From an archaeon (GTDB taxonomy: Archaea; Asgardarchaeota; Thorarchaeia; Thorarchaeales; Thorarchaeaceae): a DNA stretch of 6,370 nt. Of the stretch, positions 5,824 to 6,370 are shown in pieces; the stretch's first letter is position 1, and every line of letters begins with the position of its first letter. The DNA lies in contig JAJRZD010000046.1 of assembly GCA_024275415.1 (NCBI GenBank), forward strand, positions 1 to 6,370. Direction: 5' to 3'. The notes under the pieces are model-generated. The model saw only the letters and a list, made by a program, of their open reading frames with translations, searched no databases and was not told the DNA's origin. A program made the position numbers and the translations under genes.

Positions 5824-6370
5824 ATGGATCTGATAGCAGATATCGTCAACGGTAGAACGCAAGTCACAGCAGATGAAGTAGAAACCCTTTCACAGATGAT
5901 CCACGACCGCTATCGTAACGAGCCGAATGTCATCACGATCCCAGACATGAATGTACTATATGTTGGAGACCTTCACGGTGACCTCAGTGCAGCCAAGTCC
6001 GTGTTCAAGGAATTTAGTAGGTCAGACAGGTACTCCCTAGTATTCCTAGGTGACTATGCAGATAGAGGACCATGCCAGACTGAAACCGTGAACTATGTCT
6101 TTGCATTAGCACTGCGTTATCCAAGAAGGGTCTTTCTGCTTAGGGGAAACCACGAGTCGGAACGGGTTACTAGAACGTATGGCTTCTACCACGAGGTGGT
6201 CAGGAAGTACTCTAGAGATATCTACAATAGATACATGAACGCATTCCGAGCGCTGCCTATAGCAGGGCTGAGTGAGAATGGAGTGTTCGCATGTCATGGT
6301 GGAGTGCCTGAGCATGTTCATTCGTTAGCAGACTTGCAGATTGGAAATAGGTATGCAATCAACTTTGAGG
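5824..6370 (+). CDS. PPP-family serine/threonine protein phosphatase (calcineurin-like metallophosphoesterase), 3'-truncated by the window edge
   Basis: Absent from the ORF track because there is no stop in the window. ATG 5824 directly follows the LOG TGA. Motifs: GDLHG (5965-5979), GDYADRG (6049-6069), RGNHE (6142-6156) and HGG (6295-6303). 'YGFYHEVVRKY' and 'FRALPIA' resemble PP1/PP2A-like enzymes. Confidence 0.95.
   Translation, partial: MDLIADIVNGRTQVTADEVETLSQMIHDRYRNEPNVITIPDMNVLYVGDLHGDLSAAKSVFKEFSRSDRYSLVFLGDYADRGPCQTETVNYVFALALRYPRRVFLLRGNHESERVTRTYGFYHEVVRKYSRDIYNRYMNAFRALPIAGLSENGVFACHGGVPEHVHSLADLQIGNRYAINFE

Noticed and set aside
5126-6321. Nested or antisense ORFs within the pseudo-GTPase, LOG and phosphatase genes
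   Set aside because: They are shadows of strongly supported genes.
1-6370. CRISPR array, tRNA/rRNA, IS element
   Set aside because: There are no regularly spaced repeats, no cloverleaf or rRNA signatures, and no transposase motifs or paired terminal repeats around an ORF.

Overview
An archaeal chromosomal segment, probably Asgard/Thorarchaeota-like; this is inferred from gene content and was not searched. From left to right: (1) the 3' end of a cation-diffusion-facilitator gene with tandem cytoplasmic metal-binding domains; (2) about 640 nt of G-skewed DNA with no credible gene, containing a GC hairpin, a dispersed motif and an AT-rich tandem repeat; (3) a decayed minus-strand vapBC-type toxin-antitoxin pair missed by the ORF track; (4) a 719-aa secreted, C-terminally anchored metzincin protease (HEXXHXXGXXH plus Met-turn) ending in a terminator-like hairpin; (5) a doubtful divergent small ORF next to a perfect 10-bp inverted repeat; (6) a tightly coupled three-gene unit. 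That unit encodes a Rab-like fold that has lost all G-box motifs, fused to a Cys cluster and a SHOCT-like tail, then a TIGR00725/LOG-family protein, then a PPP-family Ser/Thr phosphatase that runs off the right edge. The three-gene unit is the best candidate for an undescribed signalling system. No rRNA, tRNA, CRISPR array or recognisable transposase was seen.
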